Shown here in pieces: positions 50,901 through 55,204 of a stretch of 64,000 bases of DNA; the first letter of the stretch is position 1; each line of letters begins with the position of its first letter. The position numbers and the translations under genes were made by a program. Location: assembly GCA_948806215.1 (NCBI GenBank), contig CAQIDI010000003.1:27948-91947 (forward strand). Direction: 5' to 3'. The DNA comes from an uncultured Eubacteriales bacterium (GTDB lineage: Bacteria; Bacillota; Clostridia; Christensenellales; UBA1242). The notes beneath the pieces were generated by a model. It was not told where the DNA came from, ran no database searches, and saw nothing but the letters and a program-made list of their open reading frames with translations.

Positions 50901-53610
50901 CAATAATTTCGTTGCCGCGTTTTCCTTTATAGCTTTTAATAACTTGATCTTTGTTTAACAATGTGAAATTTATGTTTGGTTTTGTTGCTTCATCAGAAGA
51001 AACAGCATTTGTTGGATATAGGCTTAAGTTTAATTCTACTTTGCTTGCACCTAAGTTAAAATATCCAACCGAAGTGCTTTCGTAAATTGTAGAATCAATA
51101 GGATTTAATTGAATGGAAGTTATTGGTTTAATAATAGTTAGTTTTAAAACCTTTGTCATAGTTACAACATTACCTATATTATCGTAACCAGTTAAAACTA
51201 TTCTAACATCAACCGGAGCTTCGGTTTTAATGTTTCCTGTTTTAATAAAAGGAGTTCTAATTCCGTTAATATATTTATACTCAACCGAATAATAACTTCT
51301 ATCGGCAATAACAGTTACATTTTGGTTATAATTAATTGCTCGCAAAGTTTGATCGTTACCACTTGTTTGAACAACATAGTTATAAATGTTTAATCCAACA
51401 CTTGAATTAACTGCAACAGTAACAGCATTTTGAGTTGAGTAAGTTGCGCTTTTGTTGTAGATGGTTGTATCTTCAACTTCTTCACTAGGAATAATAGTTA
51501 TTTTACCGTTATCGTTAACACCGATAAAATATTCTGTTTTATTACTTGCATCGTAAATAGCACCACGGCTTTCTTCTGCTTCAAAAATTTCTAATCTAAC
51601 ACTTTGTTGGTTAATGCCTTGATCAACATAATCGTAAACAATAGGAACAAAAATTTCTACTCTAATGTTTTTTGTTATGTTATTTTTTGTTTTAATAACC
51701 AAATCAAAGTTAGATTCTACTGGTTGCAAAATTGGTGTTAAAACCAAACGGTTAACAAAACCATCTTCAACTTGTCTATATTCTAAAGTGAAATAATCAT
51801 TATCAAAAACATCAAAGTTAGGGTCGTATTCTCCGTTAACTGCAATAGCTCTAATGCTTGAAATAATTGTGTTTAAATTAACTTTTTGGTCACCAATAGT
51901 GCCAATAACAATTTCATAAAGTTCTCCTTCTTCAGGGTCGTTAATTCCCAAAGCCTTACCTGTTATTGCATTAATTTTTATTGGAGATGTTATTTGGAAC
52001 CCAACATCGGTTATTCCAGCAAGAGCAACAAGTGGAACTTCGGAAGTTACTGTGTAGGTTTTATAACCTTTAGTAAGCGATGTTGGTGCCATAGTGTAAG
52101 AATACTCTAACACTAACTTAGGGCAATTTTTTTGAGTTGGGTCGGTTATTAAAGTTTGCAAATCGCTAAAGCTATAGTTATGTTTTATGTAAAGAGTTGT
52201 TCCTCCGTTTAATTCGGTTGTTGGAGTTACTAGGCTATTGTTTCTTAAATAAATTTCAAAGCCATCTCTTCCATTAACCTGAGGTGCATTAATAACTTTT
52301 GCATTAATTTTATAACTTGTTGAGTTTGGATTAATTTGTAAGGTTAATGGTGTTCCAACAATGTTTCCACCATAAACGTTATAGATTGATGCAAAACTAT
52401 TGGTAACGTTTTCGCCATCTTCGCCATAAACATCAATTTCTTCACCAAATTCTTTAACAGTTACTCTAACTTTAATTGTTATTGTGAACAAGCCTTCAAA
52501 ACCAACACGATCGATGTTTATATCAAATGTTTCAACATTGTTTTCCATATTTTTAACTTGTTGATTAATTTGATAGGTTTTATATGGGTATGTATCGGCA
52601 ACTCCGTTATAGTTATATCTATCGTTTTCAGAAACTAACGATACTAAACCAATAACATCCGATTTTGCGTTATCTAAGCTGGTTGAAATTCTGTATTGTT
52701 TATCGGTTACAAATTCGGAACCAACTTGAATTTTTAAGTTACGAGAAAATATAAAAGGAATTGTTGAATTTTTTCCAAGAATAATATCATAAACATTTCC
52801 GTTAGAAGGAACTAATACTATTGGTTGCGAATTTAGGTCGGAATTAGTGCTTAAAACAACCTGCGACATATCAATAACATTAATTACATAAATCTTAACA
52901 GTTTGGGTTTTTATTTGATTGTTATAGTTACTAACAGCATAAACATTAACATATTGCAAACCATTGCTATCGTCAATTGGATAATTAGAAGCGTTTTTAG
53001 AAATCAACTTACCATTTTCAATTTTTGCATAACTTGTTTCGGTAACATTGCCTTGTTCGTTTGTTACAACTGCATTTGTTGAATCATCGATAAAAAACGA
53101 AACTTCGGTTTGGTTTGTTCCAACTGGCATAAAGGTTAAATATTTACCAAGTTCAACTTCGCCACCAAATTTAACAGCTTTGTTGCTAGTTACAAATCCA
53201 ATGCTTTTAACAGGAACATAAACAGTAACATTTATTTCTGCTCTAAGGTTGCCTTCTTGGGTGTTAACATAAATTATTCCCCTTCCTGGTTTTTGAGCTT
53301 TCAAATTAAATAATGTTTTATTGCCATCCTTTGAAACATCTTCAATACTAACAATATCGTTAACACCATTTGTGCCATACTGAGCAAAGGTAACATCGGT
53401 TGAAACACCTTTTCCTGCTCCCGATACGGTTGCCATTAAATATTCGGAATTAATTAATCCTTCTTGTGGCTCGCCTTCATCGGTTAAATATAATACTACA
53501 TCGGTTTTAGAAACAGATATAGAAAAATTTTTGTATGGGTCATTACACCCAAACAACAACATAACTGATCCTAAAAGAGCAATTAATAACGCACTAATTT
53601 TTTTTGCCAT
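35986..53610 (-). CDS. Giant surface lipoprotein 2 (5,874 aa): Ig-like arrays, GLUG-like beta-helix units and a unique non-repetitive C-terminal domain
   Basis: Uninterrupted ORF. AGGAG SD 7 nt upstream of the ATG at 53610. The signal peptide is MAKKISALLIALLGSVMLLFGC. The module order is collinear with giant 1. It has its own promoter and terminator. Confidence 0.9.
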   Translation of the reverse strand: MAKKISALLIALLGSVMLLFGCNDPYKNFSISVSKTDVVLYLTDEGEPQEGLINSEYLMATVSGAGKGVSTDVTFAQYGTNGVNDIVSIEDVSKDGNKTLFNLKAQKPGRGIIYVNTQEGNLRAEINVTVYVPVKSIGFVTSNKAVKFGGEVELGKYLTFMPVGTNQTEVSFFIDDSTNAVVTNEQGNVTETSYAKIENGKLISKNASNYPIDDSNGLQYVNVYAVSNYNNQIKTQTVKIYVINVIDMSQVVLSTNSDLNSQPIVLVPSNGNVYDIILGKNSTIPFIFSRNLKIQVGSEFVTDKQYRISTSLDNAKSDVIGLVSLVSENDRYNYNGVADTYPYKTYQINQQVKNMENNVETFDINIDRVGFEGLFTITIKVRVTVKEFGEEIDVYGEDGENVTNSFASIYNVYGGNIVGTPLTLQINPNSTSYKINAKVINAPQVNGRDGFEIYLRNNSLVTPTTELNGGTTLYIKHNYSFSDLQTLITDPTQKNCPKLVLEYSYTMAPTSLTKGYKTYTVTSEVPLVALAGITDVGFQITSPIKINAITGKALGINDPEEGELYEIVIGTIGDQKVNLNTIISSIRAIAVNGEYDPNFDVFDNDYFTLEYRQVEDGFVNRLVLTPILQPVESNFDLVIKTKNNITKNIRVEIFVPIVYDYVDQGINQQSVRLEIFEAEESRGAIYDASNKTEYFIGVNDNGKITIIPSEEVEDTTIYNKSATYSTQNAVTVAVNSSVGLNIYNYVVQTSGNDQTLRAINYNQNVTVIADRSYYSVEYKYINGIRTPFIKTGNIKTEAPVDVRIVLTGYDNIGNVVTMTKVLKLTIIKPITSIQLNPIDSTIYESTSVGYFNLGASKVELNLSLYPTNAVSSDEATKPNINFTLLNKDQVIKSYKGKRGNEIIDVEFTVGDFVELEVDKANNKCYVYAKIDKNAYNPNSNTDGIKSKFDLVHDNDISFSPDLFFNQIYKEGNLTAVVSATLQQYNKPIIASNVNVNVKYAKKVQNIIVSVDKEKGVYFDSRDYQISGNEIYGEGKEIVFDVEPSDAFNKNLIAFIADTSVAKIVSGVDSNNRIISNKIVVKPYVNAGRTILTFASEDSYTFNEETGIATPSTVNHIPIRVANGTKEYPFEISNAEEFLEIGRDINLGNNSYYYVLTDTISLRALESIGETLPPFKKFNGGLSGLFSYSINGISYSRQNYINDFELTKQMDVSSDKEYNIGLFEELSETAEIENLIFEGVKFDIKILNANNKNKIDIGVIAGRNYGSILNSRIAGVINVTSEAKNLNIGGMVGESFTYENYDITNMVLAGDIDITRKVTGVISYLPISTTSSSSSKVNSEVVINHIGTSGETDLNVNIGGIAGSVYTYAKHNITEIAFSETKTATVVNGYDFKNENENPVQPDVSVYSRDMGSSYNNLNVSATITSMDANKKLLPANVGGAFGYANSTYLNDITVAPNLMAKTNVGGLVGFLEHSIIDSAVVEFANAGQTGANTLSLIGEKNIGGLVGEGNNINIYYSYVRSYFNNSGINNEQYYGNIALKNNADIENKYVGGLVGYLNNSEISNQQANYGIILTGDINLDLTLKTLSEGSEEFDEYMFNGTFANGIFNSYFSADINLTFEKLTGNVYAGGLVGGTNLSTNAVNKNEQTTIVNSYVTGNIKNNEPKSTQVTTKSDLNLTHVGTTIEYKIGSLVENDGTIILSGEGNSLIRVQTEVTDNVIDTNYLETIITYTVYDNVGAFVGTETNSLELNREDISTDIVKSEDYAEDEDTGIQTAGTITTTIVKKNNFEFYKEFGYMVNVSLSYIGSNNYGGVAFTNSTKLLAKTLSITETRVEEISVSSTSLSVSSVEETIKTDLTKTESFINSETDAFNIVSVNTEAADYIPYTWLHYLGDIYTLNNGYPVLFKYKHNSGEILFKVLPTHINTNILNINQSFSNLSYIKQDESHVVLFNNQYISGKNYKNVNKYKLLLSEEDFSTQYVNMAQIMLDLPNLESVGIQADYASDLIITSSNVNVVRILNDLVLETLAEGEVTLRVSSKLDVSIFDEITILVVSGISDYNLYLSKNLTNDANLLMDDITHTQFIDNTSNYYATAINRDVEIVINSGVEDLETSIAGGYNGYYTVNPNVGVKLVVSSTNTGSAKLNDQVLENGKTYIFSSLAEFNLTGVSEGIISYELTPFIKLTNQNFGETLVSSNGDVTINNCLLINDLTKEYLFNVKPKAESLEIDKTNATIEPSQNIELNVSVVTSNFSLIGEEVVVNEDVIMLIKDTVTNQTVGSVSLLDENNGTNSSLINVEINNITAEKIYKDGVLQKVKAIFNLRLSFNTEAYKNRTGGVTYNLNDISYLLSFSPSTNIELNKQFNLKIVPKKVSDIKLKFYANSETSGSGSDAEFNPQEVETNFIVPSRMGLLKIELFPEFNEAEYVELTTTEQYKNYVSFNQKLAVMQGGENGYVINYQSVSGNTEYLPGFIGVKLVNQSMLANNSIIYNGNYYVQIGLDQNAPINSNIVFTAKAYKNVAGQKQEVYSKDITLTVQPLPSINLTVNGEHNSLINIGGKVELTVEANNFEGDVEFDVTSGKNNSLVVLDYDVNTNKYYIVAKDNAIAGDTITVIARVSRFINGIKETKDSTVTLNVVEYIVNSIRQQGAIKSASGNTLEMLNGTNQILNLIVDAKYNGNSDISTKINSFAQEASGRLNFNGTNDFINNWYIRNGNTDELLNFSNKYDNFSFLNKTLNDLNNTHYFAINAKRVSSSDVIGARINYYYNEYGIPTLCSGDVIGYRVYEQEFFFTLIIKDNSTYDHPNPISNVTEFMALQNETSGHFILVNDINLYDYVPFAANFSSLDGNGHIITINNFNTSSFTGGSDINCGLFTTISNNTVVKNVTLDVANLLVTKAEIKALNENGTTDADGNVTRNAKINLSNINSFNFGMLAGTNNGSLTNIKVINTKQTNANDSSSKYLFVYSTIGYISNGTLVDGNVGGIVGVNAGTISNSYIGLNDTYYSNQSNSEDLKALASEGSTRIQTYPFFIVGGKSIGAFVNKNAGIIANSYNLGVGLINSSTIFSGSKTAGFVVSNSSNGYIFNSMVEGIKTNSYRASSEIYLEATGNIGGFIYENSGRVENAYSNIAIKTNSGGSGGFVYDNLATGRVTNAYSTSPNAFNSKAHGQFTGINSKNKFNNAGELTSCFYLIYENEVANEDEPALAIRGKKVENSSSDEENKNPEGSKDNPFRYTGSFNGFSFATGTESNNIWTLGTDENFGPQLINIKKFNTFSHRTLTDTREENNTTIYDYIYDDDCQYGAMGTTNQVINPLLVNTAEEFVRFIINNSKTVPYNGDELYLFGDNEGVYYIRLINDLNFSEITLNNLIVDNKRISDIIFGGVLDGNGMSITGIKLTDLKQDSVHENFGLFSQVGLSDAQKEATGIGSEASQEKRINPSIQNVNITINGFAATQSVKVGAIAGSMYDTSLINVSLSAGENVEIVGRNLVGGFAGLIVNKPGIIINNVTTNNITVTASHRSNSVSEVSTLSGYGVALNNGNKIAFNSYNKDSRDSVEVLRNYSYAGSIAGVIDANNRPTEHSQGKTSVSIPEGDVKNHRSTPEENSISKITVQGGGFIAAEQAGGMFGYVGKNTHIKNSSYLLGVVTKDNGSSETVTPRVQQIRGYNYAGGIVGENYGMLEQVTVQHIADWQPDIDKDFVNNKTNKNVVNNLFGSEASVAIGGIAGFSDQSIIVDSFVKVGVINEKAKVAGGVIGIATRTNYLSHVYATGNVSASTVIGGLVGLYNKTGMHIIGTEDELKVTYVANNDSSSQTVEILPSAFRLSFDFAISANNWGEDVSAKLTENLQGYYDNGDGGYYNFSPRMPEIGNQAFSYGRLNIVKNEGTVTSVSKTETSVTDGDLNNITANNNLKYKYYIGSLVGKVEETTNADIKTNKIINNAALTTSVNAARKVSNVTTGFGKYYEFASVISTTLNSGKITKNNLRTPDGILDGFEDPGASNAEEFMNKFFNEALSALPTPEELNTGKQVVFDVVDYTNNIGNQFHLNSIFGQTGKNSNMFGGFAWDVVSLADIKPDSGSNVWMIDENLMPAYIIGIFSNFNEIKSVADLNTQIRIATSTKNQFYLLSENETADLADNKAYNFTKDSSSTYQSNENLFSNAFEGTLIGNPNAGKNPLIVVTQLNNLSNIFNSIASATIQNVDFKIIIPDGYTSQLSKRDAMQTSFGLLAKTVKGSVLSNINVEIVFQGVNTNTSQVINNKFRNSFNNIGLLFGSVEDSTLNNINVKLTFEKGNATASPNITTDISTNIEDVKPDATKNLNFGILVGSGLRSILSNINIMSSNGNNNENFISLNENQKSGIVNVGTLAGLLKDCSVQNINQVQPNGDYNINGEIKVNNTFEGGANFDGGYNIGGLVGNLDASTMVNANYAGRVVVGNANNNSVSTKLNVGGIVGYANSSNLNVVMNNYYNTLNNTSPELKIINKNINVYNATTNLQTTVGGVAGFINNSTITGNNNNNITSGNASNINATVNGGTLDVGGIIGYARNSNNRNGILRAYNQGYIRAFNNSTTASNLNVGGVAGTIIGGKYEDVFNIGDIAIKTNNNYSVGGLFGKTSLSTSEKEGMINNFISYGDIYVNASVPNTNKFIGGVVGSITSNAIRFSNGYTLTRVFNAKNANDDDLFISNNGTFATNEFINGIGHIQSFDVAMFDKVFYIHEFFPYTNTKNLLNGTTEIGKVIISAKSDSVKFGGISYGNLIENDSSSNLLLAYLQTGNNSGNFSRLETTIKIPYLQNVIPVNVVYREMEANNIASSGNKLNPEIISSASNQTSVRKDILANKYYIINESGTSTLNKNYEFSFNDNTFNGVLINKSRKGVPSVSGFSGKVNNGILANFYVKVTNTTNLTGALLKVNNGNIINVVTTGYLELTSAPISDNGTLAMFVQTNYSNIVASGSMIMLAYNGNIKANSYSGFVTQNISNSTKSGSAYIKDCYSTSSFINTSATSNFVLNAPSAGLAYSNDGVIETSYYAGSYNPEKVGKNALVYAGSGTLINCYYDYDALSTEKDSSKYNLSQTVSQPYDKARYVLTSDMLNSLFTDYALRTQTIVTSFENASVKYNYGYPTIINGIQINTLNNKNRFVIWHKGQINNLNKYDITGVNYDIVNNIDMNGVNKGISSNTIDIDFINPQDELKHNIYGNGYTISNLKIKSQSANRVGWFIKIEGKEISNLTIKNAEVTNTASDIGDRVGETYGVGIIAGFASGITLNDVKVIGTSTITATDSNNVGGLIGYAKNGRILLNDSTTNVMVTVDANNGLNVGGVVGFAYNTEITSAKYSGRVTAKKQVGGIAGYVASSAKLKNCTVVSSSSIIANNKNDISIATTIDSGIFKNNVSSKISIINNSIGSGSFAGGIVGRTSADSNALIEDCYPIGSSNGKVTISANSYSGGIVGGLFSTARINYTVQTNIQYLDVVNNNNGIGAIALGGMVGYMSDSTTLENAGVGRVSINNSTIAYSGINLNFAVGGIVGFQNGGTIRYADSKNNVIYGSRLVGGAIGYQNRGSLANCEVYNNNLYYKSNKEMDEYDGDGKNLYAGANSDYNSVLTSIKSNPYDSYLGCVTINSKRSLNGYFMGTNTDNRLDEQRGYFAVEYGGLDARASKIDHGGTFKLYFGFITGGTSSVASQSNIIVNNGCINGITDKGTLYAVNRFWDDWSGKNQWKWYLEKRIIQRTLNAYQNNGIFAFNNGTDDYNKFREYNKSVAEQNCSTHMLNVLTYIAAGYSIAYENGYEPISYIEAGANGTEGMAALFESQMKKCSVVPNKAEGLAILKNLYTNYAYQGMEYVSYQKISNVRSQEIHWRGGLWENMYPTDLNKHGKRFGEVSYTNI
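35989..36900 (-). other. Giant 2: C-terminal domain of about 300 aa and unknown function (approximate start)
   Basis: It starts after ...NNLYYKSNKEMDEYDG. The sequence is non-repetitive and rich in Trp, Tyr and Cys (RFWDDWSGKNQWKWYLEKR, NCSTHML, KKCSVVP, HWRGGLWENMYP). Giant 1 has no counterpart for its last roughly 220 aa. Confidence 0.45.
36900..45215 (-). other. Giant 2: run of about four to five GLUG-like beta-helix units (approximate bounds)
   Basis: N-cap-like modules lie near nt 45215 (NPISNVTEFMAL..ILVNDINLYDYVPF..LDGNGHIITINNF), 43700 (NPLLVNTAEEFVRF...GGVLDGNGMSITGIKL), 41340 and 38240 (..IYGNGYTISNLKI). Confidence 0.55.
45220..47860 (-). other. Giant 2: second Ig-like / beta-sandwich array (approximate bounds)
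   Basis: Examples are ITSSNVNVVRILNDLVLETLAEGEVTLRVSS and TLTVQPLPSINLTVNGEHNSLINIGGKVELTVEANNFEGDVEFDV. The second aligns with giant 1 TLSVKTTPTLNLHVNGRDSAAVARGTSLSFSADHEGIEGEVDFS. Confidence 0.45.
47870..50250 (-). other. Giant 2: first GLUG-like beta-helix unit (approximate bounds)
   Basis: Starts with YPFEISNAEEFLEIGRDINLGNNSYYYVLTDTISL. It contains IGGMVGE, IGGIAGS, VGGAFGY, VGGLVGF, IGGLVGE, VGGLVGY and AGGLVGG turns, and ends with W...NNGYPVLF. Confidence 0.55.
50260..53540 (-). other. Giant 2: N-terminal Ig-like (Big_2-like) domain array (approximate bounds)
   Basis: Examples are VKSIGFVTSNKAVKFGGEVELGKYLTFMPVGTNQTEVSFFIDD and ITSIQLNPIDSTIYE...LSLYPTNAV, plus ...FDVEPSDAFNKNLIAFIADTSVAKIV. 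Confidence 0.5.
53545..53610 (-). other. Lipoprotein signal peptide and lipobox of giant 2 (L-L-F-G-C, Cys codon 53547..53545)
   Basis: MAKKISALLIALLGSVMLLFG|CNDP. As in giant 1, the mature N-terminus begins C-N-D. Confidence 0.75.
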
Positions 53611-53723
53611 TTTGTAACTCCTAAATTTCTTCCATTAAACTATGTTAATTTATATATTATTTTGCGCAAGCGGGCGCGAATTATTATAAATATATATATA
53701 ATAATATAAGTCCGCTTAAAGTC

Positions 53724-53752
53724 ATTATATTTTTTTAATACATTAAAGTCAA
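53724..53752 (-). promoter_or_regulatory. sigmaA-type promoter of giant gene 2
   Basis: Minus strand reads TTGACT (53752..53747), a 17-nt spacer ending in A7, then TATAAT (53729..53724). Confidence 0.65.
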
Positions 53753-53800
53753 ACATAACTAATAATTTTACAAAATTTTATAATTTTTTTAACTTAATAA

Positions 53801-53835
53801 AAAAGCAAAAAAACATTCACGCCGAATGTTTTTTT
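53801..53835 (-). terminator. Rho-independent terminator of spoIIID (the stem includes the stop codon)
   Basis: Minus RNA is AAAAAAACAUUC-GGCGU-GAAUGUUUUUUU. The TGA stop (53819..53817) spans the loop/3'-arm junction. Confidence 0.75.
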
Positions 53836-54080
53836 AAGCTTTCATACTTGTTTTTTGTGGCAATTCCACCACGAATGTTTCGCTCTTTAAAATTGTTTTC
53901 TAAAATTAACTTAACTTTTTTATATAACTCGTAGTCTAAATTTTTTAATTTGTATGAAACATCAACGTGCACCGTGCTTTTTGAAATTCCAAATTCGCTT
54001 GCAGTTTTTCTTATGGTGGATTTATTTTCTAAAATATATTGTCCTAAAAGTTTTGGCCTTAAGTAAACATTGTTTGTCAT
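53817..54080 (-). CDS. spoIIID: SpoIIID-family transcriptional regulator
   Basis: 87 aa. The segment ...IRKTASEFGISKSTVHVDVSYKLKNLDYELYKKVKLILENNFKERNIRGGIATKNKY parallels B. subtilis SpoIIID (AKEFGVSKSTVHKDL...HLRGGEATKLKY). GGAG SD. Confidence 0.85.
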   Translation of the reverse strand: MTNNVYLRPKLLGQYILENKSTIRKTASEFGISKSTVHVDVSYKLKNLDYELYKKVKLILENNFKERNIRGGIATKNKYESLKKHSA

Positions 54081-54174
54081 ATAAATCGCTCCAAATAAAA
54101 GTTACTTATTGATATGACAAATCTCTACATTATATTACAAATTTAGCCAACTTAATTTTTAATGCTACAAAAAT

Positions 54175-54207
54175 CATAAAAAAACACACATTAATAAATG
54201 CGTGTTT
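54175..54207 (-). terminator. Rho-independent terminator after acpP
   Basis: Minus RNA is AAACACGCA-UUUAUUAA-UGUGUGUUU followed by a U run, with one G.U pair. Confidence 0.6.
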
Positions 54208-54241
54208 CAAAACAAAAAAATTGACTTAAAATTTAAGCCAA

Positions 54242-54472
54242 TTATTTTTTGTTGGTAGCCTCAATAATTCTTACAATATCTGCCACGGTTTTTAACTTTA
54301 ACGCATCTTCGTCGCTTACTGTAACATTAAATTCGTCTTCTAATGTCATAAGTAATTCTACTAAGTCAAGAGAATCTGCACCAAGATCTTCTAGTATTCT
54401 TGATTTTTCTGTAATTCGATCTGGTTTAATCCCAAGTTGGCTAGCCAATAAATTTTTAACTTTTTCTAGCAT
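54242..54472 (-). CDS. acpP: Acyl carrier protein
   Basis: 76 aa with LGADSLDLVELLMTLEDEF, i.e. the conserved DSL phosphopantetheine-attachment Ser motif. GGAGG SD. Confidence 0.9.
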   Translation of the reverse strand: MLEKVKNLLASQLGIKPDRITEKSRILEDLGADSLDLVELLMTLEDEFNVTVSDEDALKLKTVADIVRIIEATNKK

Positions 54473-54501
54473 AAATTGTCCCTCCGAATTTTGCTACCCT
54501 A

Positions 54502-54530
54502 ATTATACTTAATTTAAAAATGTTTAACAA
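54502..54530 (-). promoter_or_regulatory. Candidate sigmaA-type promoter for acpP
   Basis: Minus strand reads TTGTTA (54530..54525), a 17-nt spacer, then TATAAT (54507..54502). Confidence 0.4.
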
Positions 54531-54564
54531 GCGAATGCGAGCAAAATTACAAAATTAACAATTT

Positions 54565-55143
54565 CTATTTATCTGTTAAATTTAAATATGCACTTGGGTC
54601 AACTTTAACATCGTTTTCCATAACAGCAAAAGTTAAGTGAGTTCCAAGGTCTAATTCAGCATTAGCAGTTGTTCCAACTTTACCAATAACTTGGCCTTTG
54701 GTTACTGTGTCGCCTTTTTTAACTTTAACATCTTCGTCTAAGCTAGAGTAATAAGTTTTTAAGTTTCCTTCGTGGCTAATAACAACAACGTGTCCGTTAA
54801 GATAGTTTGAATAAACATCTTCAACAACGCCATCTAAAACCGCATAAACTTCTGAACTTTCACTAGCTGCTAGAGCAATTTGTTTATGTGCTTCCCATTG
54901 ATTTAAGGTTGCATTATAAACTAAACCCGAACCATCAAAGCCTTTAGCAACGGTAAAATTCATTACTGGGTTATAAAATGTTATTGGATTATTATCCACC
55001 GGTTTTTTGTCTTCAACCCTAGGTTTGCTGACAGAAACAATAAGTAAAATACTAAGTACCAACATAACAACTGCTAACACAACAATGTAACCGTAGCGTT
55101 TAAAAAAGTTTAAAAACGACTCCTTATAATTTCTTTTTTGCAT
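54565..55143 (-). CDS. Membrane-anchored LytM/M23-domain protein with degenerate active site (SpoIIQ-like)
   Basis: 192 aa with an N-terminal TM helix (YIVVLAVVMLVLSILLIVSV). The M23 fold signature is ...YAVLDGVVEDV..GHVVVISHEGNLKTYYSSL..VKKGDTVTKGQVIGKVG...HLTFAV..DPSAYL. The canonical HxxxD is H-KQI-A, Y.HL is YSSL and HLHFE is HLTFA. AGGAGG SD. Confidence 0.8.
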   Translation of the reverse strand: MQKRNYKESFLNFFKRYGYIVVLAVVMLVLSILLIVSVSKPRVEDKKPVDNNPITFYNPVMNFTVAKGFDGSGLVYNATLNQWEAHKQIALAASESSEVYAVLDGVVEDVYSNYLNGHVVVISHEGNLKTYYSSLDEDVKVKKGDTVTKGQVIGKVGTTANAELDLGTHLTFAVMENDVKVDPSAYLNLTDK

Positions 55144-55204
55144 ATTATCCTCCTAAATTTTTGTTATTAAATAATTGACCAATTAAAACTTTTTATACAT
55201 ATTT

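Noticed and set aside
14678-52110. About 35 plus-strand ORFs of 60-125 aa inside the giant genes
   Set aside because: All are antisense to the giant ORFs and lack SDs. Their translations are low complexity, rich in Leu, Phe, Ile, Pro and Thr, as expected from the reverse complement of N/G/V/T-rich codons.
13160-53610. Giant ORFs as NRPS/PKS megasynthases or RHS/polymorphic toxins
   Set aside because: I saw no condensation (HHxxxDG), adenylation, KS/AT or carrier-protein (DSL in context) motifs, and no YD/RHS repeats or PxxxxDPxGL core. Both proteins have lipoprotein signal peptides and Ig-like or beta-helix repeat content typical of surface proteins.
13160-53610. Giant gene pair as a horizontally acquired mobile island
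   Set aside because: There is no integrase, transposase, flanking tRNA or direct repeats. Base composition, promoter style and SDs look the same as in the flanking core genes. Foreign origin cannot be excluded without compositional statistics.
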